From a virus, in IMG/VR virus record IMGVR_UViG_3300022591_000004, positions 31,669 through 95,668 of that record: DNA of 64,000 nt, one strand, 5' to 3'. Below are positions 18,176 through 27,450 of this stretch, in pieces (within the stretch, counting starts at the first letter, position 1; every line of letters starts with the position of its first letter). The position numbers and the translations under genes are program-made. Under the pieces are notes generated by a model, which saw only the letters and a list, made by a program, of their open reading frames with translations, was not told where the DNA came from and did no database searches.

Positions 18176-20454
18176 TATGAACTAGCCACCTTTGAGTGTA
18201 TACCTATAGACATAAGCTCTTTTTTAATAAGAGATGCAAGCTTTTGCTCGTCAAATTGTGAACCTTGTGGCACCGTAATAGGAATCGTTATATCCCCATA
18301 TGTGATGGTTGTACCACCATTGTTTGAAGATGGGTCAAGTGTACCATTCTTAGGATTAATAGATAAGTATGATTTTGCCATTTTTGCAGAAGAGTAGTTG
18401 AGGGTTGACGAGCTAGCTCCCTGCCCAATACCAGAGCCACCTGCCATTCCACCGCTCATAGCGGAAGATGGTGAGTACCCCATAAGCTCATTCATGTTAA
18501 GGCCCTGGATGCCACCGCCAGTCATGCCACCCGACAAGCTAGCCATAAAGCTGTTTAGGTCTCCTACAGCTCCGTTGCTTCCTGAACCGTTGAGCAAGTT
18601 GCTGTTAATAGATGTTCCAGTCGCACCATTAATGACGCGTCGTGCAGCCACTACAGTACTGAGGTCTACACCGACGACTTCTACAGCACCGCCTGTATGA
18701 GGCGCCTGAATAATTTGGTTGTTACCCATGTAGATAGCTACGTGACCTGGTGCGTTAGCTGGGCCATCAAAGAACAACAGGTCACCAGGCTGTGCATTGC
18801 GAGGGTCAACCGCTGTACCACAATTTACCTGTGCGTAAGTAGTACGTGGAAGCATCACACCGACCTTGGCAAATGCGTACTGAACAAAAGATGAGCAGTC
18901 AAAACCTACTGTGTTAGAGCCCTGATTAGTTCCCCGTGTAGGGCCGCCAATACTTCCGCCTCCCCATGAATAAGGGGTGCCTACCGCAGATAGACCAGCA
19001 CGTAGAGCGCCAGATACTCCAGACGAGCTTGAAACACTGGTAGTTTGTGGCTTTACTGTTGCGCCTAAACCAAGACCACCAGAAGCCGCTGCCCCTGCAG
19101 CACCAGCTACAGCTGAGGTTCCCGCTAAAATAGCGGCGTCAACGAGTAGGCCTCCGCCAGCAGGGTCAACAATTTCTCCTGCAATTCCTCCAGCAGCCAG
19201 TTCAACGTCTTTTATAATGCTCTTGCCTTTAAACAGGCTACCTATTTTAGAGAATAAACTTTGTCCAGTCTTGCTTCCAGCAAGAGCTTTTCCTGCGCCC
19301 AAAAATCCACCCAAAGCAGATGCAATTCCACCAGCAATTGACTGGCCAATATTATTGTTAAGACCTGTTTCTAGCTTAGCTAGCTGCTTAACAAGCCCTT
19401 GATTTGCGGTCACAATTTGCGCTAATTGATTCGTTGCCTTAACAAGAAGGTTGTTTGCTTCTGTAAATCCTTGAGCCATAGGATTCTGAGCAGCGGCAGT
19501 TAAACCAAACTGAGATTGATTAAGTGCACTTGCGGAGTTAAGAGCCGCGGTAGTCTGACCAGTTGCTGTCGTGCTTGCTTTACTTAGGCTACCTCCTTGA
19601 GCAAATTGAAGTGCTGCAGTCTGTAGTGCTTGGAATAGAGTAGGGTCTCCAGCTGAAGCGGCTTGAAGAAGGTTGTACAAACCGTTTCCAGGCTGAAGGG
19701 CAATAGCAATATTGCTTGCGTTTAGCTTTCCACCTGATTGAGAGACAGCCAAATTCCAAATATCTTTAAAGATAGCGGCTGGACTACGCTCAGCTCCGTT
19801 TGAACCTCGAACTTGAATGCCCATCATACGTAATGTGTTAACGGATTGAGCAGAGTTTAAAGAGGCTGTAGCTTTCATTGCGCTCTGGAAACTGCCCGTA
19901 AGGTTGGATACCTGAGCTACTCCAGGAAGAATCTGACTGTTGTAGCCAGGAAGTCCTGGAAGAACTCCATTGGCCGTTCCTTGCGCAATAGCCTGTTGTA
20001 AATCAGATGAGCTAGAAGAAGTTCCCATGCCCATAATATTTCGTACAGTGGCGTTTACGTTCCCCTGCATCCCTGAAAATTTTGCTTGGGAAGTTAATAG
20101 CTGTGAGGAAACTGCTTGTTGAACAGTAGGAAGGGCGTTAGCAAAAGAGGCTCCCATTCCCAAAGCAGCAGTTCCTAAAGATGAGACAACTCCACCAATA
20201 GTAGAGAGTGCACCCCCACCAGAGCCAAATCCACCAGTAAAGCTTCCTCCGCCAGCTGCTATCGAGGAACCACCACCGCCAAGAACACTACTAAGAAATC
20301 CAGAGGCGCCAGAAGTACCGCCAAGATTCTTAGCGATACTTTTGGTCTTGTCATCCATAGCCCCCAACATAGTAAGGGCTTTTTGCAACGCGGTATTAAG
20401 GTCGGCAACAGCCTTGCTCATAGTGCCAGAGTCCATATTAAACTCGTTAGCCAT
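18175..20454 (-). CDS. Tape measure protein with NlpC/P60 peptidase
   Basis: Ala/Gly/Gln-rich helical body followed by GTPYSWGG..GFDCSS..PGDLLF..GHVAIY..IQAPH. Confidence 0.88.
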   Translation of the reverse strand: MANEFNMDSGTMSKAVADLNTALQKALTMLGAMDDKTKSIAKNLGGTSGASGFLSSVLGGGGSSIAAGGGSFTGGFGSGGGALSTIGGVVSSLGTAALGMGASFANALPTVQQAVSSQLLTSQAKFSGMQGNVNATVRNIMGMGTSSSSSDLQQAIAQGTANGVLPGLPGYNSQILPGVAQVSNLTGSFQSAMKATASLNSAQSVNTLRMMGIQVRGSNGAERSPAAIFKDIWNLAVSQSGGKLNASNIAIALQPGNGLYNLLQAASAGDPTLFQALQTAALQFAQGGSLSKASTTATGQTTAALNSASALNQSQFGLTAAAQNPMAQGFTEANNLLVKATNQLAQIVTANQGLVKQLAKLETGLNNNIGQSIAGGIASALGGFLGAGKALAGSKTGQSLFSKIGSLFKGKSIIKDVELAAGGIAGEIVDPAGGGLLVDAAILAGTSAVAGAAGAAASGGLGLGATVKPQTTSVSSSSGVSGALRAGLSAVGTPYSWGGGSIGGPTRGTNQGSNTVGFDCSSFVQYAFAKVGVMLPRTTYAQVNCGTAVDPRNAQPGDLLFFDGPANAPGHVAIYMGNNQIIQAPHTGGAVEVVGVDLSTVVAARRVINGATGTSINSNLLNGSGSNGAVGDLNSFMASLSGGMTGGGIQGLNMNELMGYSPSSAMSGGMAGGSGIGQGASSSTLNYSSAKMAKSYLSINPKNGTLDPSSNNGGTTITYGDITIPITVPQGSQFDEQKLASLIKKELMSIGIHSKVASS

Positions 20455-20456
20455 GG

Positions 20457-20613
20457 CTACCTACCTCGTCTCTTTATGGCTCTTTCAAGCCAGTTGTTAC
20501 GCTCTCTAAAAGAAAGAGAACGTATGTCACTTAATGTCCAACCTGGAAACGCTCTAGTAAGCGCCTCAAAGGAATCTAATAAGTTTTCGTACTGTTCGCT
20601 GCTATAGGCGAAA
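20457..20613 (-). CDS. Frameshift-accessed C-terminal extension of the tail assembly chaperone (GT-like product)
   Basis: Open +1 frame AYSSEQYENLLDSFEALTRAFPGWTLSDIRSLSFRERNNWLERAIKRRGR with no ATG/GTG/TTG start; ends 2 nt before the tape measure ATG. Confidence 0.75.
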
Positions 20614-21393
20614 CAAAGCTACGAGACTAATAGGAGTATCAACAGATGCTCCACATGCCTCGCAGTTCTTCTTCACCTCCCCAAGGCGTGGGCCTGGGTT
20701 CTTTTCTAAAATTTCATTGATGATAGTTTCGCGGTCCTGCATGCCCAGCTTAAGAACTGTTGATGCTCCCAGTGAGCCCTTGCCGTTTACCGAAAGGACG
20801 CAACCTTCAAGAAGAATGGTATTCAGCTCAGCTGAAGTTTTATCTGCATTCTCTGTTAGTAGCCGTTGCACGTAGCCATTAGGCAAAGTAAGGACTGCTG
20901 TGCCGTTCTTTAACTGAACTTCCCAGTTACGGTCATCGATTGGGTTCTTTAAATAGATGGTTGGGATATCCTCGTTTAAATCAATAGGGACAACAGAGGT
21001 TACTCCGCAGTTACATGTAAACTGATAGTCTGCTGTATCTCCAAAGGTTACTCGACGAATAGCAAGAAGAATTGCATCGCGGTCTGCAGCAAGGATGTCA
21101 TCTAGGTCCTCTTTGCGAACCTTTTCTCCACCAATGCTTACTAACCCTCTTTGAAGAATGGTAGTCAAGACACGTCCTAGACCGCCAGCTTTTGCAATAG
21201 CTTCTTCATCAGCACCATTAAGTTCTCGCACTTCTGCGTACTTAACTAGGGTGCCTTCCTGGGTAATAAAACCCCCAGGAAGGTTAACCTCACTATTTGA
21301 TGGTGGTACCGTTGTTACCTGTGGTGCTGCTTCTTTTGTTACTTCCTCAATAGCAGCGCTAACTGCCTTGGGGTCTTGTGTTAATGTGCTCAC
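20602..21393 (-). CDS. Tail assembly chaperone (T4 gp26-like hub assembly family)
   Basis: VRELNGADEE, DRDAILLAIRRVTFG, C-terminal CEAC; between the tube and tape measure genes. Confidence 0.75.
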   Translation of the reverse strand: MSTLTQDPKAVSAAIEEVTKEAAPQVTTVPPSNSEVNLPGGFITQEGTLVKYAEVRELNGADEEAIAKAGGLGRVLTTILQRGLVSIGGEKVRKEDLDDILAADRDAILLAIRRVTFGDTADYQFTCNCGVTSVVPIDLNEDIPTIYLKNPIDDRNWEVQLKNGTAVLTLPNGYVQRLLTENADKTSAELNTILLEGCVLSVNGKGSLGASTVLKLGMQDRETIINEILEKNPGPRLGEVKKNCEACGASVDTPISLVALFRL

Positions 21394-21417
21394 GTATTAT
21401 GCTCCTTAGAGTGTTAG

Positions 21418-22059
21418 TTAATTAGCGACTCCGCCAGAAGTACTGGCGTCATCGGCTCCTGCTGTAGACATAAAGCCAACAGATAGACCTTCGTGTACAA
21501 GCGTCATTTGCTCGAACAAGATGTTCTGGTCACCAGCGTTTAGGTCTGAGTACTGAAGGGTGGTAATCCAAGCGTTGTGCACCTTGAAGTGCATTTTTGC
21601 TGACTTTACTAAGTCGTCTTTATCGCCCACCTGTGCAGGATGGTCAAGAACGTAGATATCCACATCAACGCGGAAATCTCCACTACCTGCAGCGGTAGCG
21701 ATTCCTTCTCCAGCAGCAGCTGCAAAAAGCCCGCGCATCCACTTGATGCCCTGGTAGTTACCTACAAGGGTACCGTGTTGGAAGGTGATAGGTGTGAAAG
21801 TCGTCATTCCTGGAATCTGGTGAATGGTGGTGTTGTATCCGCCTTCACGGTAAGGAATAGACTGAGTGTTAATTCCCAAACCAGTGATGCTGGTAAAACC
21901 AGCTACGGTTGTAGGGGTGATATCAGTGCTGAAGACTCCTGTGCTTCCGTTCTTAGTCGCCGCAGAAAACTCTGCAATGAACTTAAAGTTACGTAAGGGG
22001 TCTGTCGCAAGACTTGACCAACGTTGGATACTTGATGTTGGAGTTGGGGGTGTTGCCAT
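21418..22059 (-). CDS. Tail tube protein (T4 gp19-like)
   Basis: DPLRNFKF, YREGG..IHQIPG, NAW...DLNA..ILFEQMTLVHEG. Confidence 0.92.
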   Translation of the reverse strand: MATPPTPTSSIQRWSSLATDPLRNFKFIAEFSAATKNGSTGVFSTDITPTTVAGFTSITGLGINTQSIPYREGGYNTTIHQIPGMTTFTPITFQHGTLVGNYQGIKWMRGLFAAAAGEGIATAAGSGDFRVDVDIYVLDHPAQVGDKDDLVKSAKMHFKVHNAWITTLQYSDLNAGDQNILFEQMTLVHEGLSVGFMSTAGADDASTSGGVAN

Positions 22060-22071
22060 TTATTGGGCTCC

Positions 22072-23568
22072 TTACGCCACAGTGACGGTTGCGCCGCCAT
22101 CGAACTGACCGATATTGATTACTACGAACTCAGCTGGACGCTGCAACGCAACGCCTACCTGAATGTTGACCTGACCCGCCTCTACAGTAGACAAGGTGTT
22201 GTTTGAAGAGTCGCACAGCACAAAGAAAGCTTGCTGAGGAGTAGAGCCACGAAGTCCGCCTTGAGACCAGAAATTAGTCAAGAATCCATTAAGGATGCTG
22301 CTAATACGACGGTAAAGAACAGTGTCGTTTGGCTCAAAGATGGCAAAGTTGGTGAGGTCAACAAGCGCCTTCTCTAAGTAGATAAGCGAACGACGTACTG
22401 GTACGTACATACTTGCGTAACCAGACTCAAGTGTGCGAGCGCCCATAACAACGATTCCAGAACCGTTAATATAGCGAATCGCGTTCACTGGAGCTCCAGC
22501 GCTATTTAGAGCGTCCAAGTTAGCGTTAGTTAACGACGGAACTGAAACAGCTCCTGCAAGGCGCACAGAAAGTCCAGCTGGAGCTTTCCATACACCGCGT
22601 GCCTTATCCGTAGCAGCATACTTACCTACAATTGCTCCGCCTGGGTTTGCAGCCGTAATTACTGTTCCTGGCGTGCTATTTGTTGGGTCGTTGATAGTAA
22701 TAGGTGGATAGTAAACTGCTCCGTACGAAGTTTGAGTGTATGCAGCTGACAACGTTAGTTGGTTAGTTACCGTGTCATTGATTGGGTCAATAACAACAAA
22801 TACATCACCACGTGCTGAGGCATACGCCAATAGCTCGTTAACAGATGTTGAGTCGGTTACGCCTGGCGCGTTTAAAATAAGAGACTGTGTAACAGTATCA
22901 AACGCATTAACTCCGCCAGCAATATCAGATGCTCCAGGAGCCGTACCGTCAGCTCCAGATGTTAGGGCTGTCACTGATTGTGGAGAAGGGTTACGAAGAG
23001 CTCCAGAACCAGATGAACCTGCGTCTACAGCTACAATATACGCAGACTGTGAGTTAATCACAGAAGTAGCGTATCGAGCATCAGATGCTGTCATTGACAA
23101 GTTAGTATAGGTTTCTACCTTGTTTGATGCAGCAGTTCCGCCGTAGTACACGATAAGGTCAAAGGTGTTAGCTGAACCTGGTGAGTTCTGGATAAGGATG
23201 TTAATTCCATTCCCCCACGCACCAGGGTTATTAGCCTTGATAGTCAAAGTATTTGCTGGGGATTCTTGGTTATCTTGGAATGTACGGGTTGCCTGTGCAG
23301 TAGAGCCCTTAATTACGCGTGTAACGTACGCTTGGCTTCCACCGTTAGCAAAGTACAAGAACACGGCAAGAGCGAGGCTATTATTAGCTCCCCAACCGCC
23401 GAACTTGTTGAGGTAATCACTCCACGAGCTAACGAGAGTAGGTGTCAGAGGACCACGAGCGTTGACGCCAATAAAAGCGGCTACTGAATCGGAGTTTGCT
23501 CCAACAACAGGTGCGATTGGGTTCAGGGTTTCCTGAACGTACACTCCTGGGCGTTGATATGCAGTCAT
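22072..23568 (-). CDS. Tail sheath protein
   Basis: RPGVYVQE, WKAPAG, GARTL, YVPVRR, FEPND, PAEFV. Confidence 0.95.
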   Translation of the reverse strand: MTAYQRPGVYVQETLNPIAPVVGANSDSVAAFIGVNARGPLTPTLVSSWSDYLNKFGGWGANNSLALAVFLYFANGGSQAYVTRVIKGSTAQATRTFQDNQESPANTLTIKANNPGAWGNGINILIQNSPGSANTFDLIVYYGGTAASNKVETYTNLSMTASDARYATSVINSQSAYIVAVDAGSSGSGALRNPSPQSVTALTSGADGTAPGASDIAGGVNAFDTVTQSLILNAPGVTDSTSVNELLAYASARGDVFVVIDPINDTVTNQLTLSAAYTQTSYGAVYYPPITINDPTNSTPGTVITAANPGGAIVGKYAATDKARGVWKAPAGLSVRLAGAVSVPSLTNANLDALNSAGAPVNAIRYINGSGIVVMGARTLESGYASMYVPVRRSLIYLEKALVDLTNFAIFEPNDTVLYRRISSILNGFLTNFWSQGGLRGSTPQQAFFVLCDSSNNTLSTVEAGQVNIQVGVALQRPAEFVVINIGQFDGGATVTVA

Positions 23569-23583
23569 TATTTATCTCCTTGA

Positions 23584-24201
23584 TTAGGGTTGAACGGGTG
23601 TAAAACCAGTTGGTATGTTCGTAGTAATCCGATTGATTTCAACAGTTTGTACGGTGGATAGGGCGCTATTAGCAGTCGATGGTGTCATCTCACTAATAAC
23701 TCTTACGGTGAAGACGCTTCTAAAGAGGCGTCGTCCATCCTCAATCATGTCTCGCTTAACGAAACCATCGAGGAACATACTGCGGTATGCAGTCTCTGTA
23801 CCAAGCTCATTAGGGACTTCTAGGCTTCCGTATTGGCTTGGAAATTTATTCTGTAGCTGGAAAAGTATGCCGCGGTCATGCCGTGGATGGCGCGAATATG
23901 CAGCTACTTGATAGGTAATGTCATAAGGCAACGGTGTTTGGTAGCGGTAGACAGAGCCTTCTGCAGGTGCGACTGTTCCACGATTGTCGTTGTCATAAAT
24001 CATTCCTGACATCTGACGCTCTTTGGCAGCACGAATGTCAATAAGCTCAATAATAATATAAGGATAGCTTTGAACAGTAACTTCAACGTCTGGGTATCCA
24101 AACCACACTTTGACAGGTCGTACTGACGCCTTTTCATCAGAGACGTTAATTCCCTGAAGCAAGTTCTTCATGGCAGCGTCTTCAGCAAGGATAAAGCTCA
24201 T
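23584..24201 (-). CDS. Tail terminator/completion protein
   Basis: YPYI.IELID...PLPYDITYQV; immediately upstream of the sheath. Confidence 0.7.
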   Translation of the reverse strand: MSFILAEDAAMKNLLQGINVSDEKASVRPVKVWFGYPDVEVTVQSYPYIIIELIDIRAAKERQMSGMIYDNDNRGTVAPAEGSVYRYQTPLPYDITYQVAAYSRHPRHDRGILFQLQNKFPSQYGSLEVPNELGTETAYRSMFLDGFVKRDMIEDGRRLFRSVFTVRVISEMTPSTANSALSTVQTVEINRITTNIPTGFTPVQP

Positions 24202-24542
24202 TAGAACATCCTCATTTCTGCCATGATAGCTACAACGCTATCTTCAAGGATATTTCCTAGGTGTCCACCAACCCGAGCAACAAATGGGCGAATAACAGAT
24301 GAGGAGGCTGAGTTAGGAGTTCCGTACTCTAAGTTGTTTACTTCGTCGTCCAGCTCTTCTGGGTAGGAGACATGTAGCTCTCCGTCCTGAGGCTTGATAG
24401 AAAGGCTAAGCGCAACATCCGCAGGCCATCCCGCAGCAAGAGCAAATTTTTGTAACATGGGGGTGAGTTGTTCAGACGCTTTTTCACTAGCGTCTTTGAC
24501 GGCTGTGCTTACGGCCGCGTTCACTTGCGAAACAATCGCCAC
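24201..24542 (-). CDS. Putative neck/tail completion protein
   Basis: LEYGT...IRPF motif, as in HK97 gp10-like proteins. Confidence 0.5.
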   Translation of the reverse strand: MAIVSQVNAAVSTAVKDASEKASEQLTPMLQKFALAAGWPADVALSLSIKPQDGELHVSYPEELDDEVNNLEYGTPNSASSSVIRPFVARVGGHLGNILEDSVVAIMAEMRMF

Positions 24543-24652
24543 AAAGCAGCAGCGAGAATACCCTTAGCTAACACATGGTTGTCTGGAGCAGAGGGTGCAG
24601 AAAACGCGCCCTGTACAAACTCTTTCTCAGACGGCTTGTCAATTTCAGCCAT
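24521..24652 (-). CDS. Small hypothetical protein, 43 aa
   Basis: MAEIDKPSEKEFVQGAFSAPSAPDNHVLAKGILAAALWRLFRK; SD GGAG; not in the ORF track. Confidence 0.55.
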   Translation of the reverse strand: MAEIDKPSEKEFVQGAFSAPSAPDNHVLAKGILAAALWRLFRK

Positions 24653-24726
24653 AGCAAAACTCCATTCGGAGGGTATTACGCAAGGTACTGCCTGAAGCCC
24701 CGCACAGGACTTCCCTTAAAGTATAA

Positions 24727-24752
24727 AGGCCCCCCTATTTCTAGGAGGGCCT
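24727..24752 (-). terminator. Intrinsic terminator followed by a -10 box (TATACT)
   Basis: AGGCCCTCCTAG-AAA-TAGGGGGGCCT hairpin followed by TTTATACT on the minus strand. Confidence 0.6.
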
Positions 24753-24766
24753 AACTACTAAGTCTT

Positions 24767-24976
24767 TTACTTAGACTTCTTTACCTTAGAGGCTAGTGCC
24801 TTGTCCATCTTGGCATCTGCCTTAGCCGATGGCTTCTTTGCATCCATCTTCTTGTCAGCCTTTTCAAAAGCTGACTTCTGCTTAGGAGACATGCCCTTCA
24901 TTACCTTGGCATCTTGCTTCTTATCGGCCTTCTTAGACATAGGGCCCTTTTTACCGCATCCACATGTAGCGCACAT
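24767..24976 (-). CDS. Small Lys-rich protein with N-terminal CxxCxC
   Basis: MCATCGCG followed by repeated KADKK/KMD units. Confidence 0.7.
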   Translation of the reverse strand: MCATCGCGKKGPMSKKADKKQDAKVMKGMSPKQKSAFEKADKKMDAKKPSAKADAKMDKALASKVKKSK

Positions 24977-25314
24977 TATTCGGCATCCTCTTCTTCGTCG
25001 TCAGAATCATCTTCTGAATCTTCTGAATCATCCCAGTCTTCGTCTGAATCGTCAGAGTCGTCTTCTGAATCATCAGCCTCAATAGCTGAGTCATCTTCTG
25101 AGGTTTCGTCCGCTTCTGGAGCGTCTACTGGGGCTGTTGTCACATCGTCTGCAGGAGCAGCGGCGTCAGCAACAGGAGCAGCGACGTCAGTTGCGTCTAC
25201 TGGAGTTGTTGTATCGTCAGACATTTTTGTACCTTTTTTCCTGGCTAAGCGCCGTTGGTTTTTAGCAGCCCTCTTATGTCGGGCTAAGCTAATTTTAACA
25301 TTATTCTTTTTCAC
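24976..25314 (-). CDS. Disordered protein, basic N-terminus and very acidic C-terminus
   Basis: GTG start overlaps the upstream TGA; alternative start MSDDTT; long D/E/S tract. Confidence 0.65.
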   Translation of the reverse strand: MKKNNVKISLARHKRAAKNQRRLARKKGTKMSDDTTTPVDATDVAAPVADAAAPADDVTTAPVDAPEADETSEDDSAIEADDSEDDSDDSDEDWDDSEDSEDDSDDEEEDAE

Positions 25315-25490
25315 TTCTTACCTTTAGCAGCCATTTTTTCCATCTTAGCCACGCCGTACTTTTTGATGCCAGCGGCAGCTGCTACAGCGGCTGGATTCTT
25401 GGCGCCAGACTTCTTAGCCTTCTTTTCAATCGCTTCAAAGCGCTCTCCTGAACCGAGCTTAGCCTTTTTTGCGGTCTTCTTTTCTGCCAT
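25311..25490 (-). CDS. Small Lys/Ala-rich protein, 59 aa
   Basis: MAEKKTAKKAKLGSGERFEAIEKKAKKSGAKNPAAVAAAAGIKKYGVAKMEKMAAKGKK; hand-translated. Confidence 0.7.
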   Translation of the reverse strand: MAEKKTAKKAKLGSGERFEAIEKKAKKSGAKNPAAVAAAAGIKKYGVAKMEKMAAKGKK

Positions 25491-25611
25491 TTTTCTTACC
25501 TACTTTCTTGGGCAACGTCTTGCCCTGAGGGGTTTCTTTCTGCCATTGTCGTGCCATCTTTGGGTGAGTAGCGTACATCCACCCTTTTTGCGCCTCTGAT
25601 TTAAAAGGCAT
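25459..25611 (-). CDS. Small basic protein, 50 aa
   Basis: MPFKSEAQKGWMYATHPKMARQWQKETPQGKTLPKKVG...; TAATG overlap with the upstream gene. Confidence 0.7.
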   Translation of the reverse strand: MPFKSEAQKGWMYATHPKMARQWQKETPQGKTLPKKVGKKNGRKEDRKKG

Positions 25612-26228
25612 TAAGGCGTTCCTCCATCAATAACTGTTTCTGAAGGGGGAGGCAGCATAATTGTAGGAGAAGGATAAGGAGGGTAAGTGTTTGCTGGTGC
25701 TTCCCAATTGTCAGGTACATTTGAGGCGTAGTCAAGGAATTGAGTGGAGTTGACCATTTCTTCAGGGGCAAGCTGGATACAGTCAACTACTACAAGGGCA
25801 AATCGCTCACCGATAATTCCGCGCTGCTGAACACCATAAGGACGGAAGATTTCGCCCTTCCATAAGATGCGGCCACGGTTTTGGATATCGGGGTTGTTCA
25901 AGACATTAGAGTCAATCTTCTCAATGTCTCGAGAGTTTAAGGTTAGATGAAGAGTATCGGTGTTGTAGAAGCCGCGCTCATCCTGAGGAACTTGACCTTG
26001 AGAAATGACCGCCCGAACGATGGGAAGCTTGTAAGGGCCTTTCCATACGAGACCTTCTGTAGAGCTGCCCGTGTCATAAATAGGGTCTACCGTAGAGTGA
26101 ACGTTGTCGTATACCCACCACAAGGCATGAGTTCCTACTGGGTTCTTGAGGTCCCAGTCAATGCCGTCTTGGATGGCATCAAATTCATAGTCGGCGTCAA
26201 AACGACCGCCAGGAGTATACCCGCGCAT
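25611..26228 (-). CDS. Head closure/neck protein
   Basis: Beta-rich, DPIYD...GFYNTDTL; lies between the head and tail modules; ends TVIDGGTP. Confidence 0.55.
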   Translation of the reverse strand: MRGYTPGGRFDADYEFDAIQDGIDWDLKNPVGTHALWWVYDNVHSTVDPIYDTGSSTEGLVWKGPYKLPIVRAVISQGQVPQDERGFYNTDTLHLTLNSRDIEKIDSNVLNNPDIQNRGRILWKGEIFRPYGVQQRGIIGERFALVVVDCIQLAPEEMVNSTQFLDYASNVPDNWEAPANTYPPYPSPTIMLPPPSETVIDGGTP

Positions 26229-26269
26229 ATAAGTATTATCTCCTACTTGCAGGTAGTTGTAAGGTCTTT

Positions 26270-27253
26270 CTAACGATTGTAGGCAGGAGGAATGTACCGC
26301 TCCATATATGGCCCATAAATAGGATGGACTTTGGCGTACTTGTAAAACCTATCAATTTTGTCTTTATTACTAGGGTCTTTAACAAAAGTTAAATAAGACT
26401 GCTTAATCTCATCAGCGTATTCCTTTTTAGAAAGCAGTTTGGGGTTGGCCCCACTAAGTCGGTAGCTATCTGATTCAACAACAAAGTTTACATTATTTAA
26501 GTACAGATGTGATATAGGGACTACTTGATTAGGAGAAACTAAAGAAAACCCTGCGTCTAGCAAATTCATGGTTTGAATGAGTTCTTCTTCCCAAAATATA
26601 GTTGTTTCAGGAAGACCTGAGTATTCATAGAAATGCTTATTTGAAAACGCGAACTGAGCACTGAACTTTACTGCAGGCAAAAACAGCTCACCTCTTAAAA
26701 ATGAGGGTTCATGCACCAGGTCTTTATCTTCCCAACTAGGCAAACCACCAGCAAATTTAAAGTCTTTTATAAAAAAACAGTACTTAGCAACACGTGGTCG
26801 GTTGTAGTAATCACGCATCCCTGCGTCATCATGCTCGTAAGAAGGAAGATAAGACGTTAAAATCGTCTTCTCATTTTTAGTTTCCTTAACTGCATCTGTA
26901 AACATATCAACAAGTTTGGTATCCCAGTCCTTATCAAACATTGTGTGAGAGTCTATCTGCAGTATGTAATCCTCGTTATTGTACATAGATAAAGCAGTGT
27001 TTCTACCGAACCCAATGCTAGGTGTGTACTCTCCAACTTTAAAGTGTTTAATCTGTATTTGTGGGTACCTTTTTAACGGTAAAACTTTATTGTTAAAGAA
27101 CTCACTTTCGGATAAACCATTGTTTGCAGGAACCTCCATGAATACAAGACCAATTGAAATGTCCTGCGGGTTACTGGCGTTCTCTATGGCTTCCTGAACG
27201 GTAAAGGGCAACTGATTGTCTAAAAAACTAGGTATAGCAATGTAGATAGACAT
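26270..27253 (-). CDS. GT-A glycosyltransferase, GT60-like (Skp1-type GlcNAc transferase family)
   Basis: IYIAIPSF.D, G.GRN, YILQIDSH..F...WD..L, FWEEE, HLY. Confidence 0.75.
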   Translation of the reverse strand: MSIYIAIPSFLDNQLPFTVQEAIENASNPQDISIGLVFMEVPANNGLSESEFFNNKVLPLKRYPQIQIKHFKVGEYTPSIGFGRNTALSMYNNEDYILQIDSHTMFDKDWDTKLVDMFTDAVKETKNEKTILTSYLPSYEHDDAGMRDYYNRPRVAKYCFFIKDFKFAGGLPSWEDKDLVHEPSFLRGELFLPAVKFSAQFAFSNKHFYEYSGLPETTIFWEEELIQTMNLLDAGFSLVSPNQVVPISHLYLNNVNFVVESDSYRLSGANPKLLSKKEYADEIKQSYLTFVKDPSNKDKIDRFYKYAKVHPIYGPYMERYIPPAYNR

Positions 27254-27450
27254 TACTGCTCAACCTCAACAAAGGTGGGGTTGCTTAAAAATAACGCCGC
27301 TAAACGAGGAGTATTAACTTGAAACTTTTCAATAATGACGCCCTCTACAACAACTCCTAATGTTATGGGAGGAAACTCCACATACTCTGTTGGTGGAGGG
27401 GGTAAAAACTTAGCGGATTTTTTCACGAGTAGTCCTTTATCTTTCTCCAT
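27253..27450 (-). CDS. Small hypothetical protein (possible fibre chaperone)
   Basis: 65 aa, RLAALFLSNPTFVEV; downstream of a fibre gene. Confidence 0.55.
   Translation of the reverse strand: MEKDKGLLVKKSAKFLPPPPTEYVEFPPITLGVVVEGVIIEKFQVNTPRLAALFLSNPTFVEVEQ

Noticed and set aside
10110-24201. Extracellular contractile injection system or tailocin
   Set aside because: Sheath, tube and baseplate resemble eCIS components, but terminase, portal, capsid and a replisome are present, so this is a phage.
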